Virus record (IMG/VR): IMGVR_UViG_3300021085_000017
Span: 1 to 64,000 of that record
DNA length: 64,000 nucleotides
Source of the DNA: a virus
Reading direction: 5' to 3' (one strand)
The notes beneath the pieces were generated by a model. That model saw nothing but the letters and a program-made list of their open reading frames with translations. It had not been told where the DNA came from and ran no database searches. Position 1 is the stretch's first letter. Each line of letters begins with the position of its first letter. The translations under genes and the position numbers were made by a program. Below are positions 20,519 to 30,278 of this stretch, piece by piece.

Positions 20519-21679
20519 TTATGTGAATGAAACGTTGCTCATTGCAATTTTTGAAACGTAGTCAGCCGCATTACCAAGTGATGATGCAGTGTTGTTCAAT
20601 TCAACATACCCGTAACGAGTCATGAATGATACTACTGGTTCGAATGAACTTGGGTCAACCACAACGCCTGATGACATTAATGGAACGTATGGGCAATAGA
20701 ACGCAGCCGCGTCAATTTCGCCTTGACCTTTATAACCTAAAAGAACTGTGTCGTCTGTAGCGTATGTGTTTACATAGATACGCATTGAGCCGTTCAAAGT
20801 ACCTACAAACTTAGTGTTTGTTGGTGCTTCAAAAGTACCTTCAGTAGTTCTAGCAAATGCTGATGTAGTTGCAGACTGTAGCAATGTTAATGCTGTTGGA
20901 GAAACTACTGCCCAGTTTGCCGCGCCTCTACGAGTACGTTGTGCAATTAGGTTTGCTTCTCTGTTCATTAATGTTGCAAGTGCCGCATGTTCGTCACCAA
21001 CAAAAGTTGTAGTGTGACGGGCGCCAATAGCAGTTTGGTCGAAGTCTGTAGCCGCTGATGTAGCCAATGATTTTAGTGAACCTAAAATTTCTTGGTCGAT
21101 TTCAGCAGTGATTTCCATAGCAAGTGCTGCCATGATTTCTGCTTCAACGTCTAAGCCGTGCATTGAATTAGCATCTTGTGCCGCTTCGAATGTCCAACGT
21201 GCTGATAACTTACGTGTTTTCGCTTCAACTGTTTGTTTCAACACTTGAATTGACATTTTGTTACCTGCTTCACCTTCCATAGACGCAGTTGGTGCCGGAG
21301 CACTTGAACCGTCGCCAGAGTAGTTGTTAGCAATATCAAATGGTGAAAGTGCTTCAGCACCTGCTGTTGCGCCACCGGCTGATTCTGCATAACGTACTCT
21401 TAGTGAGTGAATTTGTCCAACTGGACCAGTCATTGGCTGTACGCCGATGATTTCGTTTGCAATAACAGTTGGCATAACACGTCTAATGATTGGTAAAATA
21501 ACTTTGTTCAAAGTAGCAATATTACCAGCCTGTGTTGCACCCGCTGCCGCACTTTCTGTAAGTGCTTGTTTTGTGTTTTCTAAAACTGAGGACATTACGT
21601 CACGTTTGTTACCTTCTAGACCATCTAAAAGTGTTTCACGTGTAGTATCCCAGTTATTTCCTTCGAAAAGATTTTCCAT
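20519..21679 (-). CDS. gp23: major capsid protein (T4 gp23-like)
   Basis: IIGVQPMTGPVGQI, VEAKTRKLSARWTFEAAQD, AFYCPYVPL, FMTRYG. Confidence 0.97.
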   Translation of the reverse strand: MENLFEGNNWDTTRETLLDGLEGNKRDVMSSVLENTKQALTESAAAGATQAGNIATLNKVILPIIRRVMPTVIANEIIGVQPMTGPVGQIHSLRVRYAESAGGATAGAEALSPFDIANNYSGDGSSAPAPTASMEGEAGNKMSIQVLKQTVEAKTRKLSARWTFEAAQDANSMHGLDVEAEIMAALAMEITAEIDQEILGSLKSLATSAATDFDQTAIGARHTTTFVGDEHAALATLMNREANLIAQRTRRGAANWAVVSPTALTLLQSATTSAFARTTEGTFEAPTNTKFVGTLNGSMRIYVNTYATDDTVLLGYKGQGEIDAAAFYCPYVPLMSSGVVVDPSSFEPVVSFMTRYGYVELNNTASSLGNAADYVSKIAMSNVSFT

Positions 21680-21701
21680 CTTTCTCTCCTGTTTCTGGTT
21701 A

Positions 21702-22820
21702 TTATTTAAGTCCAGCCAATTTCTTTAACTGGATTATATTGGCATCGCTACCCTGTGATGTTGCTTCTGAAGTTACTACTTCTTCAACTCTATCGCCAGT
21801 GTGTTCTGTTACTTTGCCTTCATTTAACGATTGTTTTGCCTCTGTTGAGACGTTCTCATTCAAAACTGCAGGCAAGTATTTCTTAAATGCAGATTTTAAA
21901 TTAGTTGTTTTTACTGTTTCAAGTAAATCAACCATAACTGTACGCTTTTCTTTGCCTAGAGGCGATAAAAGACTTTCCATGACCTTGTTTCGGTCCATTC
22001 TGTCTTCTAGCACTTTCTTTGCAGTTTCGGCGCTTGAGATGGCTTCTTCTTTTTCAGTAATTGTTGCTTCTAACTTAGCAATCTCGGAAGCAGATTCTTC
22101 TAATTTTTTAGTAATCTTAGCAACTTCAGTACCTTCACTTAGTTGTGAGGTCATAAATTCGCCAGCGAATGTTTCAAAAATCTTACGGCCAAACTCGTTT
22201 TCTTTAGCCGCTTGGATGTCCTCTTTAAGAACAGCCAATTCAGAACGTAAAGCAGTATCAATTGTCTTTTCGACCAATTCTGCTGAACGCTTGATAAATG
22301 AATTCTTAGTCTTATTAAGAATCTCTTTACCTTCTGCTACCATACGTACTTTAGTTTCCACTAAATCACGCTTATCATCGTGGAATTCCGCAAGTTCACG
22401 TGAAAGTTGTTTAACAACGAAATCTTTAGTTCTATCTAAATGTTCGTTAACTTTAGCACGGTCGTCACGTAATTCTTTAACTTCATTTGCTAATTGAGAA
22501 GTAATGAATTTTTCAAGGAGAGATGCATGTTCAGAAATTGCTTTCTTATATGCAACACGTTCTGCGATTAGGGCTTCACGGTCAGTTTTGAACTCATCCA
22601 TTTCAGTTTTGATTGCTGATGAAAGCATGTTATCCATGGCTTCTACAATCACTGATTTGTCATGTTCGAACTTCTGTGCAAACTCTTCACGCAACTCGGC
22701 TGTTATCTCCTCTCTTGCTTCATTTATTTGTGCTTCCCAAGCCTCTGATATTTGATGTGAAACTTCTTCACTTAAAACATCAGACTCAAGAAGACCAGCA
22801 AGGATTTCATTTGTTGCCAT
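21702..22820 (-). CDS. gp22: prohead core scaffold protein (T4 gp22-like)
   Basis: Acidic coiled coil between protease and capsid genes; start MATNEI at 22820 follows an AAGGAG RBS. Confidence 0.85.
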   Translation of the reverse strand: MATNEILAGLLESDVLSEEVSHQISEAWEAQINEAREEITAELREEFAQKFEHDKSVIVEAMDNMLSSAIKTEMDEFKTDREALIAERVAYKKAISEHASLLEKFITSQLANEVKELRDDRAKVNEHLDRTKDFVVKQLSRELAEFHDDKRDLVETKVRMVAEGKEILNKTKNSFIKRSAELVEKTIDTALRSELAVLKEDIQAAKENEFGRKIFETFAGEFMTSQLSEGTEVAKITKKLEESASEIAKLEATITEKEEAISSAETAKKVLEDRMDRNKVMESLLSPLGKEKRTVMVDLLETVKTTNLKSAFKKYLPAVLNENVSTEAKQSLNEGKVTEHTGDRVEEVVTSEATSQGSDANIIQLKKLAGLK

Positions 22821-22841
22821 TGTTGGTTCTCCTTCTTTCAA

Positions 22842-23471
22842 TTAAAGTTTAAGTTCTCTAATGAACTTAACTATTTCTTTTGACAAGTACTTCTGTGCAG
22901 TCTTGTCCTGTTGAACACCTTGTGCTAGTTGCCAAGTTTGGTAACCGCCACGCATGTTCATTAATCCTTCGTATATTGCTTTTGGATATGCATCCGGGGC
23001 ACTTGGCTGTGCCACAATATCGACAGTGATAATTTCATAATTGCTAACTTTACCAGCGTGGTCAACTTCACCAGAACCACGAGACGAGACGCCTAAAGTG
23101 GCACCTGATTCGATTAGTGTTCTGATAATGTTGCCCATTGGTGTAGGAACAATCTTTAGTTTACCAAATCCATCAGCGCCATCCATCCACATATTTTCAA
23201 TAATATGTGAAACACGGTCAACGTTGACTGTTAATTCAGGTGGATGGTCGCATTCACCTAACACTGGAAAGCCCTCTTTAATTCTTTTTTGGACTGATTC
23301 CACTGCTTTAGATATTTCGCTCACAGGATACATTCTTTGGTTAGCATTCTTAACGTTACCTTGAACGAAAATGCCTTCCATAAACATATTCTTTTCACCT
23401 GACTCGTTCTCAACAATACGTGACTTAACGTTTGCTTGATTATGTGTATATTTTTCAATAAGAACTGTCAT
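22842..23471 (-). CDS. gp21: prohead core protease (T4 gp21-like)
   Basis: EGIFVQGNVKNANQRMY, GECDHP, VSH, LGVSSRGSG, DIVAQPSAPDA. Confidence 0.95.
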   Translation of the reverse strand: MTVLIEKYTHNQANVKSRIVENESGEKNMFMEGIFVQGNVKNANQRMYPVSEISKAVESVQKRIKEGFPVLGECDHPPELTVNVDRVSHIIENMWMDGADGFGKLKIVPTPMGNIIRTLIESGATLGVSSRGSGEVDHAGKVSNYEIITVDIVAQPSAPDAYPKAIYEGLMNMRGGYQTWQLAQGVQQDKTAQKYLSKEIVKFIRELKL

Positions 23472-23497
23472 TGGTTTCTCCTAAAAGAGTTTATTAC

Positions 23498-24286
23498 TTA
23501 GGCTTTTTTCGGTGCTGGCGCTTTCTTGTTGCCAACTGTGTTTACATTACCTGTTTTCATATCTTCTGCTGATGCTGAACCGCCAGATGTGTTACCATCG
23601 TTTTGTCCAACTGGTGCCGCGTCACTTTCGTCTGCGCCGCCATCTTTAGCAACTGGTGAAGAACCTTCGCCATTGTCGCCTTCTTTAGCAGATGCTGGAA
23701 TTGTATATTCTTCCAACTTTTCTTCTTCTTCAGATGCATCTTCATCTAAATCTTCTGATGCGGCTTCTTCGATTGCTTCGTCAGTTTCTTCTGTTTCAAC
23801 AACTTCTTCAACTGATTCTTCCATCTCTGGCTCTTCAATATCTAAATCGATATCGTCCATATCCATTTCTTCGCCTTCATCTTCTGCATCGTCTTCGCCA
23901 GCCATAATTTTTTCAAATTCTGCTTCTAGGTCAGATAACGCTGATTCTAAATCTTCAACTCTGTCTTCAATCTCTTCCGCTGGCTCTTCATCACCCATTT
24001 CTAGGTCTTCTTCAGCATCATCGTCAGACATATCTTCATCGTCAAACATTTCTTCTGTTTCAATTTCATCAGAATCTTCTTCGATATCATCGTTTAAAGA
24101 TTCGATTTCTTCTGATTCTTCAATTTCCTCAAGTTCTTCTTCTACAACTGTGTCGCTTTCGTTTAAAGAATCCTCATGGATTTGTCGTGCTTGTTCAACA
24201 ACGAAGTCATGTAAAAGCGATTCTGCTTTTGCATTCTCTTCATTGATTAACAATTCTAGCACTTGTTCTAGTGTACTTCTGGACAT
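23498..24286 (-). CDS. highly acidic prohead core / internal protein
   Basis: Long Asp/Glu tracts; position between portal and protease; AAGGAG RBS before ATG 24286; late box at 24389-24394. Confidence 0.7.
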   Translation of the reverse strand: MSRSTLEQVLELLINEENAKAESLLHDFVVEQARQIHEDSLNESDTVVEEELEEIEESEEIESLNDDIEEDSDEIETEEMFDDEDMSDDDAEEDLEMGDEEPAEEIEDRVEDLESALSDLEAEFEKIMAGEDDAEDEGEEMDMDDIDLDIEEPEMEESVEEVVETEETDEAIEEAASEDLDEDASEEEEKLEEYTIPASAKEGDNGEGSSPVAKDGGADESDAAPVGQNDGNTSGGSASAEDMKTGNVNTVGNKKAPAPKKA

Positions 24287-24525
24287 GTTAAGTCTCCTTA
24301 ATAATCTTTTAATAGCCACTACAATTGCGGCAGGGTTATAGAAACAAGCAATGCGCCAATTTGTTGCAAAGTGAGTTTCATACACAAGTATTTATGGGGA
24401 TTATGTAAGTATATTGGGAAAATGCTCGGAAATGAGCATTTTTTTCGGTTTTCTCACCGAACTTAAGATATTTAGTAAGTTTTACTAATTTATAAAACCG
24501 TACTTAATAATGAAATATAAGTTTT

Positions 24526-24756
24526 TTATAAGTCTAATGCGCCGCCACCAGCAGGTGCTTCATCAGAAGAACCGCCGTATTGCTTCTGGATTTGCTCATT
24601 ATCAGCCGCTTTTTGAAACTTTCTATACTCTCTTATCTTTCTAAGTTTAGAAAGGTGTACAAGAGTCAGTCGAGTTTTACGTGTATCTTCTAAATCGATA
24701 GCGTTAAACTCGTCTTCTTCTGGCGAATAGTTCTCATTTATTTCAATATATTTCAT
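24526..24756 (-). CDS. small head-cluster protein
   Basis: 76-aa ORF right after portal; DTRKTRLTLVHLSKLRK; own late box 5 nt upstream of ATG. Confidence 0.7.
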   Translation of the reverse strand: MKYIEINENYSPEEDEFNAIDLEDTRKTRLTLVHLSKLRKIREYRKFQKAADNEQIQKQYGGSSDEAPAGGGALDL

Positions 24757-24764
24757 ACTAGTAT

Positions 24765-26462
24765 TTATGCATCTTCGTCAGTTTCTGTGTTTTCTTCTCC
24801 AGAAATCACAGACGCATCATCAGTTGCATCACCTTCTAAATCATCAAAGTCTTCCATGTCGCCACCACCATCAAAGTCGCCGCCTGCTGGACCCGGAGAT
24901 GCTCCTACACCTTTAAGTCCATCATCACTGCCTTGAAGTGGGTCAGTAACATCACGTTCTTCTTTCCACATCATTGAGTTTTCTAAGATTTCCTCTTCAG
25001 ATAATCCTAAGAAACGTTTCATTGCAAATCGCTTACTAATGTAATCTGCACTTTCAATGCTTGTAAATACGTTCATTGCTACTTGGTCTACTTCTGCTTG
25101 ACGATACTTACCGAAGTTCTGGACAGTGTTGAATGACAAATCAAAAGAACTGCTTTCAATCACAACACCGCGGTGCTTTAAGAACATCTTAAATTCTTTA
25201 TCTAGTTCTTCAACAATAAGTTGTTGTAGTCTTTCACAATACTTTGTAAATCTGAACTCTTGTATCATCGCAGTACCAGTTCTACCATCGTTAAACGCAG
25301 AACCATTTGCATCCATACCACCCAAGTAACTTGGTGGAACACGTAGACCTCTTAGTAGTTTATCATTGAAGAATTTCAAATCATCAATTTCACCTAAGTT
25401 CTCACCACCTGGAAGTGTCTCAACTTTAGAACCACGACCTTCAGCCGTTTGAGCAAAGAAGTAATCTTCCATGATTGATAGTGGATTATACGCACTATCA
25501 ACAACGTTAGCACCACCACCAGTTTTAGATGGGATTCTACGTTGATGAATTTCGTTCTTAATACGCTCTAAGTGTTGACGTGCTTTGTGAGTTGGCATAT
25601 CACCAACATCGATATAGAATACTCTACGTTCTGGCGCACGTTGTACACGATAGATAATAATAGAGTCTTCTAGTAATTCTTTTTGTTTGTATACTTTAAA
25701 TACAGGCTCAAGCATACTTGTACCAAACGGCCAGTATTGGTCTATACCTTCACTTAAAGATACATGAATAACATGCTTGGCATCAATTGCTGTAGTTGTT
25801 ACATCGTTTGCAAACCTTGAACCTTGACCATCCGCACCTGAACCATAACTTTGTTGCATACCAGATGTAGATGTAGGAATACCCATCTTCTGACTGCCAG
25901 TTTGTGATAGTTTAACTGTGTCTGCGGTAATATTAAGACTTTGCATATTAATATCTAAATCTTTAATGTAATATGCTTCAATCTTTTTGCCTTTGCCTTC
26001 GTTTACGACAACTTTTTCAACCTTTGATGGGTTTACCCAATATAGTTTGTATGTCTGTGGGTCTCTAACGAATAATTGGTCACCGTACTTAACTGTATTT
26101 CTAAAAATTCTAAAGATACGTTTGTTCATCTTATTCATTGAACACCATTGACGTAATGACTTTTGAAGAATTTCGTTTTCAGTAAACGATGGGTCATCAT
26201 TGTATTGAATGTTAAATGGCAATTTAGTAGTTTCACTAAACAATGTAGAGAACTCTGCAATTGTATCTAATGCCGCATTGACTTCTGAATCCATGTCCAT
26301 TTGGTCATATTGACCATAACGTTGGGCACGATTCGGTTGACCCATATAGACCTCTGGTAACCAACTGCTATATTTAGAACTCGAAGCATTATTTTGTGCT
26401 GGTCCTGTTTCTGCCGGGCGTGGAACACCGTCATATGTTTTAAAGTACTTTTTCCAAGTCAT
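24765..26462 (-). CDS. gp20: portal protein (T4 gp20-like)
   Basis: LLEDSIIIYRVQRAPERRVFYIDVG, EDYFF...GRGSKVETLPGGENLGEIDD, LRVPPSYL. Confidence 0.97.
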   Translation of the reverse strand: MTWKKYFKTYDGVPRPAETGPAQNNASSSKYSSWLPEVYMGQPNRAQRYGQYDQMDMDSEVNAALDTIAEFSTLFSETTKLPFNIQYNDDPSFTENEILQKSLRQWCSMNKMNKRIFRIFRNTVKYGDQLFVRDPQTYKLYWVNPSKVEKVVVNEGKGKKIEAYYIKDLDINMQSLNITADTVKLSQTGSQKMGIPTSTSGMQQSYGSGADGQGSRFANDVTTTAIDAKHVIHVSLSEGIDQYWPFGTSMLEPVFKVYKQKELLEDSIIIYRVQRAPERRVFYIDVGDMPTHKARQHLERIKNEIHQRRIPSKTGGGANVVDSAYNPLSIMEDYFFAQTAEGRGSKVETLPGGENLGEIDDLKFFNDKLLRGLRVPPSYLGGMDANGSAFNDGRTGTAMIQEFRFTKYCERLQQLIVEELDKEFKMFLKHRGVVIESSSFDLSFNTVQNFGKYRQAEVDQVAMNVFTSIESADYISKRFAMKRFLGLSEEEILENSMMWKEERDVTDPLQGSDDGLKGVGASPGPAGGDFDGGGDMEDFDDLEGDATDDASVISGEENTETDEDA

Positions 26463-26483
26463 AATTTATTCCTAATTTTATCT

Positions 26484-26512
26484 ATATTAACATATTTTGT
26501 ATACATTGTCAA
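26484..26512 (-). promoter_or_regulatory. sigma70-type promoter upstream of portal gene
   Basis: TTGACA-17-TAATAT. Confidence 0.6.
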
Positions 26513-26521
26513 CCTCATCCC

Positions 26522-28537
26522 TTAATTCTTCAACTGATTGATTAAAGTAGTTAGACTGGCTAATATCTTCTGTTGTGTTTGATTTATACTATTAGCATTT
26601 GAGCCCTCTGCCGTTTGAGTAATCATAATGGTTGATAGTGACTGTAATAGTCTTTCATAATCTGCTCTTCTATCTTCGGCAGTTGCATTTTTATCTTTAC
26701 CAATCTTTTCAATCATATCATTAGTATATTTTTCAAAATCTTGCATTTGAGAATTACTGATTGTACGACCTTGTTTACCTGCTTTTGTGAAGTCTTGGGC
26801 AGACCTACCATCATTACTTAGTACATTTGTTCCAAACACACTACCAACTCCGTCGAATACAAATGCTGGAAACTGAAGCATTTTAGTAACAAGTGAGGCT
26901 GTTTCTACTACTACTTGTTTTACACCAGTAGTAGCATTACTAAATCCATCAATTAAATTTGCGTTTTCTGTAATTGTATCTCTGGCAGTTTCTGCAAATC
27001 TTCTATTTGTTTCTGTTAGATTTTCAACGTTATCAATAAAACCTGGCATAAGGGCATTAAATGCATCTTCATATCCAACTGAGGCTTGACGTTTTGCTTC
27101 TCTGTTTCTCATTTCTACTGAGTCTGCTCTATCACCACCAGATATGCCTTGTCCAGCCTCACTTAATGTTTGTTGAAAAGCCGCTAACTGACCAATGAGA
27201 GCCATAGTTCCATCAGTAAATGCAACACCTCTGTTTTGAGAAGACGAGAATGTCTCTATCAAATCGTCAATAAATCCAGAACCTTGGCCAGCCATGAATT
27301 CTTGGAATGCCGCATCACCTTGTGTTTCTAAAACATTAGCCGCTTGATTAGTGAACTTAATCAATTCTAAACCTGCTTGAGAGCCAGACATTTCTTGGAA
27401 TTGTTCAGTTTGCATAAACTGATTTGCTCCTGCGCCTAATCTTGTAGTTATTAATTCAGCAAGTGGATTATTCATTCCACCCATAAACTCCATTCCAGCC
27501 TTTAATGACGTTTGCATTTGGTCTGGAAGAGTTAAAAGCATGCCTCGTTGTTCATCAGTCAAAGCATTCTTCATTATAGATGCCGCTTCTTCCATTGAAA
27601 CTTTTAGTACATTCGATGTTGCTTGAACATTAGACATAAAACTGTCCATGCCAAGTCTCTGTTGTTGGTCACTCATTCTATTAAGTTGACCTGAAAGTCT
27701 TAAAGATTCTAAGTATTCACCAGATAAGTGAGCAACTTGTCCAAACTCTAAACTAAACTGTTCCATTAATCCAGTAGGACCTTGTGCCATATTGTTTACA
27801 AAATCTAATGTAGCCTTTACGCCTTTTACGCCAACTGCTTCAGAAAATGCTTTAGTAAATTCTGCGGCTTGACCGAAAGTAAAGCCAGTTTCAGATATCG
27901 TTCTAGCAATATCAATCATTCCTTCGTTCATACCACTTAAGCCATTCATCAAACCAGATTGACGAAGTTCAGATGCCATATCAAATCTTTCTTCAAATCC
28001 TGCTCTAGTAGCCTCTTCTGCCATCAATGAGACTGAAGCGATACTTACTACTGCCTTTTTCAAAAAGTTCATCTGCTCTTTTGCTTTGTTGTCTGCCTCA
28101 ACTGTTGCTCTCGCATCACCCTCAGACATTCCTGACGCTTTCATAAGACGCTCAACTGCTTTTGTAGTTTTCTTTTCTTGGACTAACTGTTTACCCATTG
28201 TGGTATTAAGACCATCGAATAGTGAACCAAAGCCACCAAACTTTTTATCAATGTCTCTTAATACTCTTTGGCTCGTGTTTGCGTTTGTAGTATCTTTTGC
28301 TGTTTGTTTATCAATACTTCTTTGAAGTTTTGCACCTTCACCAATTGCTTTACCTGCCTGTTTAACAGTAACAGATTGACCACTCATCATTTTAGTTAAG
28401 AGTTCAATTATCTTTGTATTTTGGCTACCAATTTTTTTTAATGCACCTGCCATTTGAGAGGCAGTTGCTTCAGTACTCCACTGGGCAACGTTACCGCCTA
28501 CACCTGTAATAAAAACGTCTTGTGAATCATCTGCCAT
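26522..28537 (-). CDS. probable tail tape measure protein
   Basis: 671 aa, Ala/Met/Gln-rich and helical-looking; divergent from a frameshifting chaperone-like gene. Confidence 0.6.
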   Translation of the reverse strand: MADDSQDVFITGVGGNVAQWSTEATASQMAGALKKIGSQNTKIIELLTKMMSGQSVTVKQAGKAIGEGAKLQRSIDKQTAKDTTNANTSQRVLRDIDKKFGGFGSLFDGLNTTMGKQLVQEKKTTKAVERLMKASGMSEGDARATVEADNKAKEQMNFLKKAVVSIASVSLMAEEATRAGFEERFDMASELRQSGLMNGLSGMNEGMIDIARTISETGFTFGQAAEFTKAFSEAVGVKGVKATLDFVNNMAQGPTGLMEQFSLEFGQVAHLSGEYLESLRLSGQLNRMSDQQQRLGMDSFMSNVQATSNVLKVSMEEAASIMKNALTDEQRGMLLTLPDQMQTSLKAGMEFMGGMNNPLAELITTRLGAGANQFMQTEQFQEMSGSQAGLELIKFTNQAANVLETQGDAAFQEFMAGQGSGFIDDLIETFSSSQNRGVAFTDGTMALIGQLAAFQQTLSEAGQGISGGDRADSVEMRNREAKRQASVGYEDAFNALMPGFIDNVENLTETNRRFAETARDTITENANLIDGFSNATTGVKQVVVETASLVTKMLQFPAFVFDGVGSVFGTNVLSNDGRSAQDFTKAGKQGRTISNSQMQDFEKYTNDMIEKIGKDKNATAEDRRADYERLLQSLSTIMITQTAEGSNANSINQTQQKILASLTTLINQLKN

Positions 28538-28649
28538 GATAAACCTTTAATTTAGTTATAAAAACTTCGTAGTTATTGTTGAAGATAAATAATTATGTAT
28601 ATACTTAATTACTAACCTTATTATACTGTATTTATCAAAGGACAAACAA

Positions 28650-29498
28650 ATGAACACCAATGAGAACCCATTATCCAAATATTTTCGTAAACCGGGAATA
28701 TATGTACAAATTCCGACTGGTGGCAGATTTAATCCAGAAATAGAAAAAACTGTATTGGACGAGTTACCTATACTTCCGATGACTGCTATTGATGAAATAT
28801 CAATGCAAAATCCTGACGAACTATTAAACGGAGAGGCATTAATAAATCTTATCCGTAGTTGTGTACCATCAATACCTAATCCAAGAAATCTATGTAATAT
28901 CGATGCAGAGATGATATTCTTGGCAATCAAATACGCAACGTATGGTAACGAAGTAGAACATACACACACTTGTTCTGAATGTAGTGAACAAGCAGATTAC
29001 AATATTGACATCAATAGCATATTAGGTAAATTCCCAGAAATTTCTGACATTGAGCCAATAAAATACGAAGACCTTAAAATCTTTGTAACTCCGCCAAAAA
29101 TAGAAAGTCTAACAAGACTTGCACTTATGGAAGTAGAACAGGCTAGAATTCTAAGTAATATGAGTTCTAATAAGATTGAAGGCGAAGAAGACGAGTTGGC
29201 AATGGCAAAAGCATTTGCTACTAGTTTCAGAAAAGTGTCTAAACAAAACGTAGACTTATTAGTAAGTTCTATAGACAGGATTGAAACTCCAGAAAATGTT
29301 ATTTTTGAAAAAGAGATGATTACAGAATTCATGGATAATATACCAGCAGATGTTGTTAAGAAAATAAATGAAACTGTAAACAATGTTTCACCAAATATAA
29401 GTGATATAGCAACATTTGAGTTTACTTGTGAGGCATGTAAACACACAGAGGAAGTCACATTTGACATGAACCCTGTAAATTTTTCCTCCGCTGGTTGA
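28650..29498 (+). CDS. baseplate hub / tail assembly chaperone (T4 gp26-like)
   Basis: NPLSKYFRKP, PMTAIDE, two CxxC pairs (CSEC, CEAC), ends NPVNF. Confidence 0.75.
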   Translation: MNTNENPLSKYFRKPGIYVQIPTGGRFNPEIEKTVLDELPILPMTAIDEISMQNPDELLNGEALINLIRSCVPSIPNPRNLCNIDAEMIFLAIKYATYGNEVEHTHTCSECSEQADYNIDINSILGKFPEISDIEPIKYEDLKIFVTPPKIESLTRLALMEVEQARILSNMSSNKIEGEEDELAMAKAFATSFRKVSKQNVDLLVSSIDRIETPENVIFEKEMITEFMDNIPADVVKKINETVNNVSPNISDIATFEFTCEACKHTEEVTFDMNPVNFSSAG

Positions 29499-29510
29499 AG
29501 ACTGCCAGCG
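29477..29510 (+). other. programmed -1 ribosomal frameshift signal
   Basis: In-frame slippery heptamer A_AAT_TTT (29477-29483), 5-nt spacer, hairpin CGCTGGT/GCCAGCG (29489-29510); the -1 frame is open into the next ORF. Confidence 0.75.
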
Positions 29511-29716
29511 ATACTGACGTAAGAGCGAAACAAGAGTCCTACGAAAAATCACTTGACGCTCTGCACAAATCTTTGTATAAACTTACGTGGTATATGCGTG
29601 GTGGCGTTAGTATATCCGAGTTACATGACATGCCAGCGGGTCACATCCAACACTTAAATGAGATAGTTTCTGAGAACTTTGAGTTAAGTAAACAGGCTGG
29701 AACACCTATTTTATAA
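29495..29716 (+). CDS. small chaperone-like ORF, probably made as a frameshift extension of the upstream gene
   Basis: LTWYMRGGVS motif; TTG start without an RBS; lies in the -1 frame of the upstream gene. Confidence 0.7.
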   Translation: MKTASDTDVRAKQESYEKSLDALHKSLYKLTWYMRGGVSISELHDMPAGHIQHLNEIVSENFELSKQAGTPIL

Positions 29717-29742
29717 AAAATATAAAAAAAGTTACAAAAAAG

Positions 29743-29771
29743 GTTGACATCCCTTTTCCACTATGTTAGTA
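29743..29771 (+). promoter_or_regulatory. sigma70-type promoter driving the long non-coding region
   Basis: TTGACA-17-TAGTAT. Confidence 0.75.
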
Positions 29772-29877
29772 TGGTCACCATAACTAATATAAATCGATAC
29801 AAATCTAATACAAATCCCAAAACCTGATACAAAATCTAAAGATATTAAGGCTAATAATGATTCTAATAAGGCAATAC

Positions 29878-30278
29878 ATAGTGGAACTGTTAGTCGGGCT
29901 GCCGACTCGGGATTGAGGGCGTATATTATACATACGTTCGGACAAGTTGGGTGAACTCCGACACTGCTTCTCGTTAACCACAAGAACTGTTTGTATCGAA
30001 ACATTCGTTACTCTAAAGGTAATTGAATGACTAGTATTTACCGTACAGAAATGTACAAACCGCAGGTAGGTTTCTAAAACACTACCAACTTTGATGATAT
30101 TTTATTCTATGTGGATTATTCAAAGTGCCGTTGGGTCGAAAGACGCAATACTAAGTTACGAGGGAATCGCCAACCGACCTCGCCATTGCTAGTGGCTAAC
30201 TTAGACATAGAATCTGATGAACTTATCAAGTATCTCAGCAGTTGCCCTGTGGATGGGCAATTGTGTCTTCCAAACTAT
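29878..30278 (+). ncRNA. large structured non-coding RNA of unknown class
   Basis: More than 10 hand-found helices, G-U pairs favouring the plus strand, two GAAA tetraloops, a three-way junction, a 9-bp long-range pairing and a terminal closing stem. Confidence 0.7.

Noticed and set aside
21739-24341. Long antisense ORFs (252 aa, 271 aa) and many similar ones across the window
   Set aside because: Ser-rich shadows of Glu/Asp- or Thr-rich sense genes caused by codon bias
24419-24446. Hairpin AAAATGCTC/GAGCATTTT as a novel element
   Set aside because: Most simply an ordinary terminator-like hairpin between head-cluster transcription units
30125-30155. Group II intron domain V-like hairpin (GUGCCG...GAAA...)
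   Set aside because: No AGC/CGC triad helix pairing, no domain VI and no interrupted gene; group I P7 elements are also not in the right order
30214-30240. CUGAUGA hammerhead-like core in the large RNA
   Set aside because: The stem after CUGAUGA is not followed by the required GAAA, and no matching stems I/III were found
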